A stretch of 58,430 nucleotides of DNA, filler included, from Circinaria calcarea (Eukaryota): the NCBI GenBank assembly GCA_051942165.1. It is 8 parts of 8 records of this genome, joined end to end, with 100 filler letters (N's around TTAATTAATTAA, not from the genome) between each part and the next. Parts side by side here need not be neighbours in the genome. Positions count along the whole stretch, not along the records: positions 1 to 7,236 come from JAVECS010001380.1; positions 7,337 to 14,563 come from JAVECS010001381.1; 6 more parts are not named here. The stretch is one strand, 5' to 3'. Position 1 is the stretch's first letter, and every line of letters begins with the position of its first letter. Positions 1 through 12,017 of the stretch are shown in pieces. The notes under the pieces are model-generated. The model did not search any database. It saw only the letters and a list, made by a program, of their open reading frames with translations, and was not told the DNA's origin. The position numbers were made by a program, and so were the translations under genes.

Positions 1-297
1 GGCCGGGGAGGGGTGCTGGTTTATAGGAATTGAATATTTCCCCGATGAGGGATGAGATGAGATGAAATTGGGAAAATTGGGATGGGTTTAGTTGGTTGGT
101 TGGTTTGGTTGGGTTGAAAGGATTAAAATGGATTGAAAATATACAATTATACAATTGTAGTTGATCACTGACTGGCTAATCACTTGAAACCTAACTCTAT
201 GCCCACGTTCACGTTTCACGTTTCACGCTCGATAGACGTTGAGCTAATCTAAATGCTCTCCTTCAAACGGCCCCTTACCGTACTTTATAAATTCCCA

Positions 298-2389
298 TCA
301 CGCCACCCATCCTTCTAGCACCCGCCTCGTCCCCATCCACATCCTCATCCTCCACCCCGTGAACCTTTCTCCTCCTCCTCCTCCTCCTTCCTCCTCCCGG
401 TTAGAAGAAACCGGCAGCCGCCTCACCCTCTCCACAGGCCTCTGATCCCGAATCTCCCCTTCCTCGAACCAGTTCCCATGCAAGCCGTACGGAACCCGCT
501 GCGGTAGATGCACTCGCGCCAGTACATCCTTCATGCCCTTTGCATCCATAATCCACAACTCGCTCTTTGCCTCCTCCACGCATTCCCCATCCGGACCCAG
601 CTGGCTTTCATCAAAGACGTAACTGAGGAGGTATCCGTCGTCTTCGCTGCTGCCATTGGCGCGGGGCACGAAGCGCGGTTCTTGTGCGTACCAGCCCGGC
701 GGCATCTTAAAGACTTGAATCGGATCGGTCGGGTCCTGACTCGCGAGGACTTGTGCCACGGTGCGGGTGTCGACGCAACCTTTAATTTGTTGGGGAGGGT
801 TACGGATTCCGCGCTGGATAAGGTATTCGACGTTGATTTTGACGAGGGAGTCAATTTTGACGGCTCTGCCGAGGGCGGCGCCAAAGGAGGAGTCGGAGAC
901 GGAGCAACCGTAGATGTATTTTGCAGCAGACATTGAGACGGAGTTTCGTAGGGTGGGGAATTCAAAAGGGATTGCAGAGAGAGCCCATTGGTGTGCAATG
1001 GCGTTTGTACCCTGGGATAGAGGGAACTGGTAGTAATAGAGTCTACACTGCTCCTCCTCCTGGTCGACGGACGGAATTGACTTTGTCGGGACTGGAGCAG
1101 CCAGATCTCCGGCACTGAATACAAGAGAAGCAGATGTAAGACGACACGCTAACATGTTTACTACTGAAACTTCCCGACCTGTGCTTGGGTCTTTGATGGT
1201 AGAATCCCAGGAGTTTGCAGTATGAAAGATACAGCAGGCTTTGGTTTCAAACCAACGAGGCTGGTCCGGCCGGTATCGAGGGAAAATTCCAAATCTCGAC
1301 GGGCGTGTGGGATCATACGATACCACCGGTTTATTCTTCGCAAGGTTGAGAGGATCAAGGGAAAGTGGGAGGTCCATTATAATGGTATGGAGTCTGGACA
1401 CACCAAAGTCATGCATCATTTTGGCCGATTTTATACCGGAGACAGGAGCTGTCAGGAGACGCCCCGGTTTTATCCCCGGTCCTTTTGCAGCTGGATGTTG
1501 CGTCGCAGGAATTATCGAGTAATGCACATGTGGAGGGGCAAAAGTAGAATGAAACGAAATCAAGTCGGATGTCAATGGATCAACTCGAGGCTAGGAATAT
1601 GTGAGCAACAGCTTCTGCGGGAGAGGAAACATCAAGAGACCTACGTGAGCCGTAGTCCACTCCTTCATGAAGCTAAGGAATCCATCTCCTCCAAATCCTG
1701 AGCCCTCCTCACCACCAGGCTCCCCTTCGGCTCGTTTGCCATTGAACCACCCTATCGTATCAAGACTGGGCAGTACGATCCGCATCGGTGGACCGCTCTC
1801 GCACGTTGCCAGTGCACGTCCATCATGATACAAGACGGCGGTATTGGCCACACTAATCTTCCTGATAGCCTGCTGGGAGCCCGGGAGATGGGACAGTATC
1901 ACCAACAAAATCGTCCGAAAGATGCGCAATGTTATCGTCACCAACGAACTCAGCGGATTGACGAGCGTGGCGATGCTGGGCAAAATCGGGGTCTGGAGTA
2001 AGGGCGAAGTCTTGGTTGAGATGTATAGATCGGTGAGGATGTATTGATTGACGAATTCCGGCTGCATGTCTGAGCCTTCCTGTCCGCCTCGTCGAAAGGA
2101 GACGCCGCTCAACATACCATCCCCGTCGAACCAGTGGGCATCTCTCGCCAGATCCTCGTTCGTCACCGGATTCCCACCATTGCGCACATACTCCCCTCCG
2201 GCGAGTTCGGGTGGTAGACGGCCGGTATACTGGCAAGGACTGAGCGGCTGTACCCGATGAATAGGAGCAAAGTTGCCGGAGAGATATCTGGACGAGTACG
2301 GTCAATTCGAAGAGTCAACATGACAGACGCCGGACCACATACGGATGAGCATGATTGCGCCTTCTCTGCCTCTCGCGGGCGCCAAACAT
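298..2389 (-). CDS. carX: Carotenoid cleavage oxygenase (RPE65/CCO family), CarX-like; spliced
   Basis: ATG at 2389 (MFGARERQRRRNHAHP), intron ~2342-2288, then YLSGNFAP...YVRNGGNP...HWFDGDGML. All four Fe-ligand His motifs are present (TTAH, MMHDFG, IFHTAN, YGLHGNW), plus EPRFVP and EDDGYLL. Divergent from carRA. Confidence 0.92.
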
Positions 2390-2508
2390 GATTGCTACGA
2401 ATGATGGGCGGTGGTTCGAATGTCCGGCTCCATCCCCAAGTATCTCCGTACACTTTGCTTCCCTATTCCTTCACGCGAGATGCTGCCATGGCAGACATTG
2501 TCACCCAA

Positions 2509-2534
2509 TCTGATCTGCTCTGATCTGATCTGAT
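2509..2534. promoter_or_regulatory. TCTGA/GATC tandem motif in the carX-carRA bidirectional promoter
   Basis: tctgatctgctctgatctgatctgat lies in the ~660 bp divergent intergenic region. Function is inferred only. Confidence 0.25.
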
Positions 2535-3049
2535 ATAATATGACGAAATTGATGATTTTCTTTCCCGCATGTGAATTATCAAACCTTCACCTCTTGCTCC
2601 GCAATCTGATGGACCGGATTAGCGGCATTGCCCTTTTCGTCGTCACCTACTCCATCCCTGTCGAATATCCTCGGAAGTGCCTCCTTAATCTCTTACCGTA
2701 GTTCCGTGACCGCGAGTGTAATAGTGACGTAATTGGCGATCAAACCAATTGTGCCGTCCCTGGGGCTCGGCCTTGTTTTCGCCCGCCGCCTTAAATCGAC
2801 TAGATGCGCTAAAGGGGGTCAAAGCTGGGGAAAGGCAGAGAGGAGGGGGGAGAGGAGACTGTTTATGCCATCATTGTGTGTTGTGTACTAACACTCGTTC
2901 CGAACAAACTTACCTTCACTCATTCCGCAGAGAGTGGCATCTGGTCACCTCGTCGTAAGTCGCGAACCACCGTCTCTCGTCGAATAATCCACACAGGCCG
3001 CAACGGAACATGAAACTGGGGAGCCGCCCGTTCTGCTGAACCACCAGAA

Positions 3050-5079
3050 ATGGGATATGACTATGCCTTGGTGTACGTACAACATACTCCAACCACCACG
3101 CTCGCACTGACGCGGTTCGCAACTTCTCCAGTCACTTACAGTACACGATACCGCCGGCGGTAGCTCTCACCCTCTTCTACCGCCCATTCTTCACCGGTCT
3201 AGATGTCTACAAGATCCTCTTCCTCGTACTGGTAAGGCTGTCAATGAGCTTGTGCATGGGCGGTCAATTGACGTTCTACAAACAGATTGCCATCTTTGCA
3301 ACTACCCCGTGGGACTCGTACTTGATACACAACCGTGTCTGGACATACCCTTCAAATGTCATTGTTGGTCCTACTCTCTTCAGGATCCCGGCCGAGGAAG
3401 TCTTTTTTTTCATCGTTCAGACATACAATACCTCCTTACTCTACCTAATTCTCAGCAAACCCACATTTCACGCAGTGTACCTCCAAACGGAACGGTCAAA
3501 AGAGGGCTGGCTATCTTTGCAGCATCGGAAATGGCTTGGTCAAGCATTTTTATTGATCGGGATTGTTGGTGGCGCAAAATTGGTTCACAACGGAAAGGAA
3601 GGACTGTACATGGGCTTAATCCTAATTTGGGCGGGTCCGTTCGTGCTGTTTCTATGGTATGAAACAAGTCGGCATTGTGTTGAAGCACAAATGCTAACTG
3701 GAGCAGGACTCTTGCATACCAATTTATAATTGGGCTGCCGCTGGGCAATACCGTTGTGCCAATCTTTCTACCTACCTTGTACCTCTGGGTTGTTGATACC
3801 CTAGCATTGAAACGGGGAACCTGGGTCATAGAGTCTGGCACGAAGCTAGGGTGGCATCTCTGGGACGGTCTTGAGATTGAGTCAGTAATTTGCATATAAT
3901 GCGGACCCGGTCGCTGACTGGATACAGAGAAGCTGTCTTCTTCCTCGTGACCAACGTCCTGATTGTTTTCGGCCTAGTTGCTTTTGACAATGCATTGGCT
4001 ATACTGCAAACCTTTCCTTCGATCTTTCCGGAGGTTCAAACTCTTCCCTCTCCTTTACAGCTTGTAAAAGCCTTGCTTGTCCCCGTAGGAACTTACGAGG
4101 AATACCGAATTGAAGGGATGCGAGAGGGCCTTGCTCGCTTGCGTAAGAAAAGTCGTAGCTTCTACCTTGCCAGCGGCGTGTTCCAAGGTAGATTGAGAAT
4201 TGATCTCATCTTGCTGTAAGTGCCCTAGTAGATTCGAGCGCGAATTATGCTAACTGATCCCGTAGGTACTCTTTTTGCCGTGTAGCGGATGATCTTGTGG
4301 ATGACGCCAAGTCTATTTCTGAAGCAAAGCACTGGATCACGCAGATGAGACACTATTTGAACATCGCTTACGGTTCCGGGCATCTTAAGGGCCAGGCAAC
4401 GACTGTCGAGTTTGTGAATGACACATTCCCCCCTTCCGCTCGAGCTGCTCTTATCCTCCTTCCAACATCTTACTTATCCCCTAAACCCTTATACGACCTT
4501 CTCAAAGGCTTCGAGACGGACCTCGACTTCTCCTCGGGTGGCGATACCTTTCCTATCGAGGACGAGGTCGCTCTGAAAACTTATGCATCTCGCGTGGCAG
4601 GTACAGTAGCAGAAGCATGTATCGAGCTTGTCTATCATCACACCACGAGTCCAACACCTGAACACCTCCGCCAGCAAATCATACGGGCAGGGGGTCTTAT
4701 GGGGATCGCGCTACAGTATGTCAATATCGCACGTGACATTGCAGTCGATGCGCGCATTGGCCGCGTCTATCTCCCTACTTTATGGCTTCAGGAAGAAGGA
4801 CTCAAACCCTCGGATGTCATCGGCGACCCCGACCACTGCAAGATTGAAGGCCTCAGGCAACGATTGTTGGACAACGCCATGAAAATCTATTTTGACGCTC
4901 GTGAAGCAATCGAGCAATTGCCACTGGAAGCACGAGGTCCGATGAGGGTAGCAGTGGAAAGCTACATGGAGATAGGCAGGGTACTTCGGAAATCAGGATA
5001 CAAAGTAAAAGCCGGCCGAGCAACTGTGCCTAAACTAAGGAGACTCCGGGTTGCATGGAGTGCCCTCGACAAAAAATAG
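3050..5079 (+). CDS. carRA: Bifunctional lycopene cyclase/phytoene synthase (CarRA/AL-2); spliced
   Basis: MGYDYALV / HLQYTIPP N-terminus. Cyclase motifs [19 protein letters not shown] and EAVFFLVTN. Synthase motifs [26 protein letters not shown] and GRVYLP. TAG at 5079. Confidence 0.95.
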
Positions 5080-5405
5080 TTGGATTTGGGTTGGGCTGTT
5101 TATAAGGGAGTTCCAAAACTCGGGTTTGAGTTAGATACCACTCTGTTCATAGTAATAATTGAAGTGTACATACTCTTAAAGTATTGGACGACCTTCTGTA
5201 AGATCGTTTCAATAAAATTTTAGTGATTGGTTGAGCCTCGGAAAAGCACATGTTAGAGTCTAAAACTCGTAAATAAGTCGATGCGGTCATGGCGGATAAT
5301 GAGTCCCTCTCTGCTTCAAAGGATTCGTAGAGATACAGTAGATTCTCCGATTGTTGTTATAGGATAAGGTGAGTACGGTGCTAACAGTTTCATTAAAGCG
5401 TGACG

Positions 5406-7236
5406 ATGAGCGAAAAGATGAAGCAAAAGTCTGCCATCGTTGTGGGTAGGTAGGTCCAAACTTTGCAGAGTTGGGGTTCTGGTCAACTGTTTATATGTAT
5501 AGGTGCCGGGATTGGAGGCGTTGCGACTGCAGCAAGACTTGCCAAGGCAGGCTTCAAGGTCACGGTTTTTGAGAAGAATGACTTTACGGGTGGACGGTGT
5601 TCTTTGATACATCGTGACGGATATGTGAGAAGCTCTTGCCATTCCCCCCCCCCTCCGGCTGGCCGCTAACCTCAATTCCAGCGCTTCGATCAAGGTCCTT
5701 CTCTCCTACTCCTCCCTGACCTGTTCCGAGAGGCATTCTATGACTTGGACACGTCTCTCGAGGCCGAGGGAATCACACTCCTAAAATGTGAGCCCAATTA
5801 CAATCTATGGTTCAGTGATGGCGAGTCCTTTGAGTTGTCGACCGATACGGCACGTATGAAACGGGAGGTGGAGAAATGGGAAGGCAAGGATGGGTTCGAG
5901 CGGTACTTGGGTTTCTTACAAGAAGCCCACCGGCATTACGAGCTCAGCGTGACGCATGTGCTTAAAAAGAACTTTACCTCCCTACTCTCGATGGCTCGCC
6001 CCTCATTCATCGGTCGTGTTCTCTCCCTACACCCGTTTGAAAGTATCTACTCCCGAGCTTCAAAGTACTTTTGGACGGAACGCCTCCGTCGAGTTTTCAC
6101 GTTCGGGAGTATGTACATGGGCATGTCTCCTTTTGACGCACCAGGTACCTATTCTTTACTACAGTACACGGAGCTTGCCGAGGGAATTTGGTATCCAAAA
6201 GGGGGCTTTCACAGTATCGTCTCTGGCCTCGTTCGGGTCGGTCAACGCTTAGGAGTCACTTACCGTCTCTCCACCTCCGTTGCCTCTGTAAATATTTCAA
6301 ACTCCCGGGCTACAGGAGTTACACTTTCCAACGGCGAATCCATCTCTGCCGACGTCGTCATCATAAACGCTGACCTGGTGTACGCTTACAATTACCTCTT
6401 CCCACCTTCTTCCGCCGCCAAATCTCTCTCCAAACGCGCCGCAAGTTGTTCATCCATAAACTTCTACTGGGCCCTTAACCGTAAAGTCCCCGAACTTACA
6501 GCCCACAACATCTTCCTGGCAGACCACTACCGAGAATCCTTTGACGACATTTTCAAAAAACAACTCATCCCCTCCCAACCCTCGTTTTATGTGAATGTCC
6601 CTTCCCGCGTCGACCCTTCCGCCTCTCCACCCAACACCGACGCCATCGTCGTCCTCGTCCCCGTCGGCCATCTTCTCGAAAACCATGCTTCTGCAGGTAT
6701 AGAAGCCCACAGCGCTCAAGACTGGAACAGAATGGTCTCCACCGCCCGCACCACCGTTCTCTCCACCATCTCCGCCCGAACCGGCGCACCCGATCTCGAC
6801 GATGCAATCATCCACGAAAGCGTCAATACGCCGCAAAGCTGGAAAGAAATTTTCAACCTCGACAAGGGCGCCATCCTCGGTCTCAGCCACAGTTTCTTCA
6901 ACGTACTGAGTTTTCGTCCCAAGACGCGGCATCCGAAATACAAGGGGTGCTATTTTGTCGGCGCGAGTACACATCCGGGGACCGGGGTGCCGATTTGTCT
7001 GGCTGGAAGTCGGATTACGACGGAGCAGGTGCTGGAGAATTTGGGCATGCGGATTCCGTGGGGTAGGGGTAAGGGGGTGGGGACCATGAAAGAAAAAGGA
7101 GGGGAAGTAAAGGAGATTGATCGGGTGCATGTGAGACCGGTGGTTTCGAATTTCCACATTGCGGTGCTGGTTTTGGGCCTATTGTTTCTTGGAGTATTAT
7201 TCGGAGTAGACTTTGACTTTTTGGAGGGATGGGGGG
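5406..7236 (+). CDS. carB: Phytoene desaturase (CarB/AL-1, CrtI type); spliced, stop codon lost at contig end
   Basis: SAIVV-GAGIGGVATAARLA FAD-binding motif, GGRCSLI, FDQGPSL, YMGMSPFDAPGTYSLLQY, YFVGASTHPGTGVP and a C-terminal hydrophobic helix. Confidence 0.95.
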
Positions 7237-7336
7237 NNNNNNNNNNNNNNNNNNNNNNNNNNNNNNNNNNNNNNNNNNNNTTAATTAATTAANNNNNNNN
7301 NNNNNNNNNNNNNNNNNNNNNNNNNNNNNNNNNNNN
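7237..7336. other. Artificial contig linker
   Basis: 44 N + TTAATTAATTAA (stops in all six frames) + 44 N. Confidence 0.98.
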
Positions 7337-8719
7337 GGAAGAATGATTTCTCATACCTTGGTTGGTATATTATTAATGTTATTACGAATCGGGCTGATAT
7401 GTGTAGAAGTCAGCTTTTCTAGGTCTTCCAGTACAGATTTGTCAGTTAAGTTTCTTCGTGCATCAACGTTTGCTGCACTCCCAAGTTTCAAGTTGCTAAG
7501 ATCTATATCATCCTGACGGATATTATCAAGTGCAAAGTTGATCAACTTAAAGAGATCATAACAAGTTGGAAAATCGGCGGTAAGGCGAAGAATACTATGA
7601 GATCGCGAGACATCAATCCTAGCATCGTACTGCTGGGCCAGACTCTTGAAAATGTCGGTTTCTGCAATCCTGATTAGTCCTGTACAATGACACAATTGAT
7701 CATAGGGCAAAGTCACTATGGCTCAAGAGCAAGCTCAGTCGATCTTGCTGCAGTCGGATGTCAATCTCACCATCCGATTGCCTCTCCTCCAGCGTTACTA
7801 CCTTCCACGAAAATCGAAGGATACGCTCCGTTAGGTGTTGCTTAACTGTCTGCTTTGTCCTACCCGCATCTGGTACCAATCCGATGATGTTCTTTTCCGT
7901 TTCATCGGACTTGGGATCTAGTCGCTTCAAGGCCTCGTTGGGGAAAGCAGAAACGCCCGCGAACCAGCGTGATCTCGCAAATGACTTGGTAGAGTATCCT
8001 TCGGTAAGGTCAAGAGCATCCTTTGCAAACGCTCGTTTCGTCTTTGTTAAATATGATTCGAGCTGGGGGGTAGTAAAACCGTCATGTAGCTGCTGAGCAA
8101 CCTCCCGACATTCTGACAGCGTTGGTGCGTCGACCACGTCCTCTGATTTGAGTAGCTTCTTTCGCAGCTGCTCGATGTTGTCCGAGATCGAGGATTCATC
8201 GATGACGCCTGTCTCCGTAGCGATGCCCTGTAGCAGATCCGCCGAATCAACGGTTCTCTGTGAATCGAGCTGTTCCGGCGGGGAAGTCCCACTGCTCCGG
8301 GCTGTGAATCGAACCCCTTGGTGTTTGTGCGAACGTTTCTCATGATCTAGTTGATCCCGCACTATTCTAATCTGTGCTGGCTTTCCCAGTGCATCGATAC
8401 CCAGCGTGACGGTCTTCCCTTGGGTTTGATCTCGCATGCGTTTAATGAAGGTTGGACGTCGTGTAGAGCGGTAAGGATATGATGGGAAAGTGATTTCGTC
8501 CTGTTGTAAGAGGAGGTCTTCACCTTCCACAGTATTAGGTCGCTCATCGCATGACTGGGTCTCGATCTGCCGATACCTCCGTCCGGAGGTGAGGGCGCGT
8601 GTAGAGATAGGATCTGGCAAATGTCCTCGATGTAATAAAAGAGTGCCAACGCTCGTAGAAGGGTTTCGACATCTCGAGCATAATGACACGTTTCTCACTG
8701 TAGGAGTGAGATTAAACAT
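7337..8719 (-). CDS. Probable mitochondrial inner-membrane regulator SLS1-like protein, 5' part (truncated by contig end)
   Basis: Presequence-like start MFNLTPTVRNVSLCSRCR. Blocks GKPAQIRIVRD, LHDGFTTPQLESYL, ILRFSWKV and GEIDIRLQ resemble filamentous-fungal Sls1 N-termini (recognition only). Confidence 0.6.
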
Positions 8720-9136
8720 GTATCGGGAGCTACCAGGAAGTAACTTTGGGCATTCTTCCTTAAAAAAACATTTCGATGTTGGAATAACTCCTTCGCTAAG
8801 CTGCTGCATGACATCGATTCAATTTTCAGCCCTACCGAAACAAATTTCCTCTAAAATACTCCATACATATCGACGAGATTATACTGGAGAGGAACTCTCG
8901 ATAAACTAAATGGTGCTTTTCTTGAAAACGAATCGAGAAACGATATTCTACAAAACTTGAAATCTCAAATCCTGACTAGTTTGCTCTCGAATCCATCAAT
9001 CATTTTTCACCGTGTCCTTTCACCCTCCTGGGACCTTTAATTCTCAACAGCATTTCCTAATAAATTTCATCTGGTTTTTAGTAACATTTCCTTCACAAAT
9101 CCTCCCCCGGCTCTCCTGCCTACCCGCCCTCTCAAA

Positions 9137-10379
9137 ATGACCGAACCAGCCCCTCCCATCCTCGGCTCCGCCCTCCTCTCCTCCACTATTCAAAACCAAT
9201 CCCGTGCACCCACACCCGCTCCCCTAAGTATAGGTCATGCCCAAATCGACATCGCCCTCCGCGGTGGATTCAGATATGGAGAAATCACTTCGATAGCAGG
9301 AGCGAGCGGCATGGGGAAGACACTCGTATTCCCTTTCCGCCAACCCATCCGACGGTAAGGGGCCCAGCTGAGATAAAACTCCAGATCGCGTTTCACGCCA
9401 TTGCTAGTCACCTGCTCGAGCATGATGGGAGCGAGGTTGCCCTCATCGATACGACGGGGTCGTTTTCCCCTTTGCGCCTGCGTGATGTTGTTTCTCTTCG
9501 TCTAAGCCAGCGGTCCGAGGGTGAGAGTGATCGGCATTCGGAACATGTTTATGAGAAGCTTTCAGTTCACTCGGGTATAGATCTAATGGATAAGGCCAAT
9601 CAAATGGCGTTGAAGATGCTTGATCGGGTCAAGGTAATGAGGGTCTTTGATTTTGCGGGCGTCGTGGAGGCGATCGGGGAAGTGGGAGAAATGTGGGAGA
9701 AGGTCGATATGGACGTTGATAGAACTAAGGCGGCATTCAGGCCCGGCGATGAAATCCCAAACAGTCAAGACTCGGACGACTCAGAGGAGTATGACGGCTC
9801 CGAGGACATGAGCAACAGACTTCCTACCGCCACCGCTCCAGGAATCGGCATGATCGTCCTCGACAATATCGCCAACCCAATCAGCTCAATAATGGCAAAG
9901 AGCCAACTCCAAGGTACGTAACTCCCTTCGGCCCTTCGGGGCCCTTTGATTCAACCCCTAACTCGACTTCCCCACCAACAGCCCAAGCTCTCTTAATCCC
10001 TTTCCTGCGCTCCCTCTACCACCTCACCGCCCAGCACCACCTCGGCACCCTCCTCCTAAACTCCGCTGTCAACCTCACCCCTTCCACCAATGCCAATTAC
10101 CAACGCTATTCCCAACCCGAAGACAACGCTTCCATCTTCGCTTCCACGTTAGGAAAACCGGCTCTAGGCAAGATCTACGCGAACCTGATTGATACTTCGA
10201 TCTTCATGTCCAGCATTCCCAAGACGAAAGAGGATGCGGAAGTGGCGTACGGGGGCGGTGCAAGGGATGGTGGGAGGTGGAAGAGTGTGTTTGTGTTGGA
10301 GGTGCTTAGAGATCGATATGAGGATCGGGAGGGGCGGTGGGCTGCGTTTGAGGTCATCAATGGAATAGGGATAAAATGA
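9137..10379 (+). CDS. RecA-fold RAD51 paralogue (RAD51D/XRCC2-like); spliced
   Basis: GHAQIDIALRGG, Walker A GASGMGKT, ALIDTTGSF, Walker B MIVLDN, KPALG, and C-terminal VLEVLRDRY. TGA at 10377-10379. Confidence 0.75.
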
Positions 10380-10403
10380 TAGTTTTGAACCTTTTCTGCG
10401 TGA

Positions 10404-11771
10404 TCAACTGGGCGTAGAAATCTCCCAACTCCTCAAATCTTCCCTCACATCAAACTCGTCAATCTCGTGGACCTTCCTGTAGCTCCTCCTCTTCTCCTCC
10501 GCACTGCTCGAATTTGTCTGTTGCTCAATGCTTCCTCTACCGCTGACACCACCGCTATCCCTGCTCGAGTCGTGCTCTTTGCTCCCAGTTCGGATATGGC
10601 TCCTCTGTTTGGTATTCGCGCGTCTCCCAAACCCTGATGAGTTCCTTCTATGCCCCTGTGCAGCCCTGAAGTCTCCATCGCTGTCGTCGCCATTAGTACT
10701 CTCTCCACCTCTTATACCTCCAGATACTTGTAACTGATCGCCCGCTTTCTGCTTGCCCCATCCGTCACCGCCTGCAAATATGTTCTCGATGCACTCGTCT
10801 GCCGGAAGCTCGCCGGCTTGGGCAGCCCAGGACGCCGCAAGCGTTCTTCGGTACATATCCTGCAGCTCACCAATTTCTCGGGTTTTGCTGGACATGGACG
10901 GCATATGACCGAGGTCGTCAGGCTCGCCTTGCTCGGCGTTCATGATACCGGCAATGCCGCCGAAGACGCGAGCAGTTTTGAGTGGTGGCCTAGTGTCATT
11001 AGCCAGAGGCATAATTTTCAGCAATGCGTTACAAACGCTATAAAGTTCCTATCGCCATCAATCTGCTTCATGGAGATTGAAATCTGATCGAGGTCAGCAG
11101 TGACTGCATACATACACTTTTTGAAGCCTTCACCTTCAAAGTACTATTGATCTTGCTCTCCTGCATCAAATACCTCCGTGTGATACCACCATCCGTATCA
11201 TCGCTACCTTCTACATATTCTGCAAGGTTCAACTTCACATTTCCCAAGAGTATCCTCTCACCCCTGGCACCGGACGAGTACTCCTGCAGCACCTCGAAGT
11301 GAATCTCGGAGTCTTGGAGATAAGCATTTCGATCAATGGTCAACCGGACGGGTATTGTCTTTTCGTAGTCCCAGTTCACCTTGTGATCCTTGATGCTAGC
11401 TTTTGGGGTACGACCCCGGTGTTCGGCGGAATTTGAGGAGGGTAGGTGCCATTTGATGTAGGATGTGCCGGCGACGAGGGGGATGTTGTTCAAATCAATT
11501 ATCTTTGGGTCATTAGCCAATGCATCCAGGTTGCTCTGTGACTGCAGTAGATTCGTCTTCACCTTAAGCCCAAGTTCGAATTTTGGCTGTATATGAGGTT
11601 TAGCGGAAATGCAAATTTGAGACACAGGAGAGAAGAACAAGTACCCTTCGTGTTTTCGGGACTGTGGTGTTCGAAATCAGTGAGCGAACCGCTGCGTGAA
11701 CAAAAGTCCCCGCCATACTGGGGAGTGCATGATAATACTCACAGGAAAGCACACTCACCGAACGCCTGCAT
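10404..11771 (-). CDS. NT-C2 domain protein (EEIG1/EHBP1 N-terminal C2 family); spliced with micro-exons
   Basis: Spliced start MQAF-VPKTRR-PKFELGLK-IIDLNNIPLVAGTSYIKW, then LGNVKLNLAEYV and RRYLMQESKINSTLK. Confidence 0.85.
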
Positions 11772-12017
11772 TTTTGCAATTGTATTCGAGTCTAAACAAT
11801 TGAATAATGACCGACTGGGAAAGCAGGACCTTTGTAGTTACGCCTTCAATGTCTGGAGATTATCTATATCGGGGAACTAGGTCCTTGATGTTGCGGGTCA
11901 TCTCGGCCCAGGGCTATCTATAATTGTCGGATTCTCTAGGTAATCAATTATAACTCTATATGAACTCGACACTCAATCAAACAATTATGTTTTAGAGCCA
12001 ACTATGAAGTTAATATC

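Noticed and set aside
2405..2430. tRNA T-loop-like GGTTCGAAT (also near 22365)
   Set aside because: No T-stem pairing, acceptor stem or D-arm could be built.
6450..7157. Long antisense ORFs (e.g. 6450-7157, 13655-14278, 43144-43752, 48188-48896)
   Set aside because: They are shadows of real genes in skewed or repetitive sequence and carry no independent motifs.
7281..7292. TTAATTAATTAA as a biological repeat or recombination site
   Set aside because: It is always centred in exactly 44+44 Ns, which marks it as a synthetic six-frame stop spacer.
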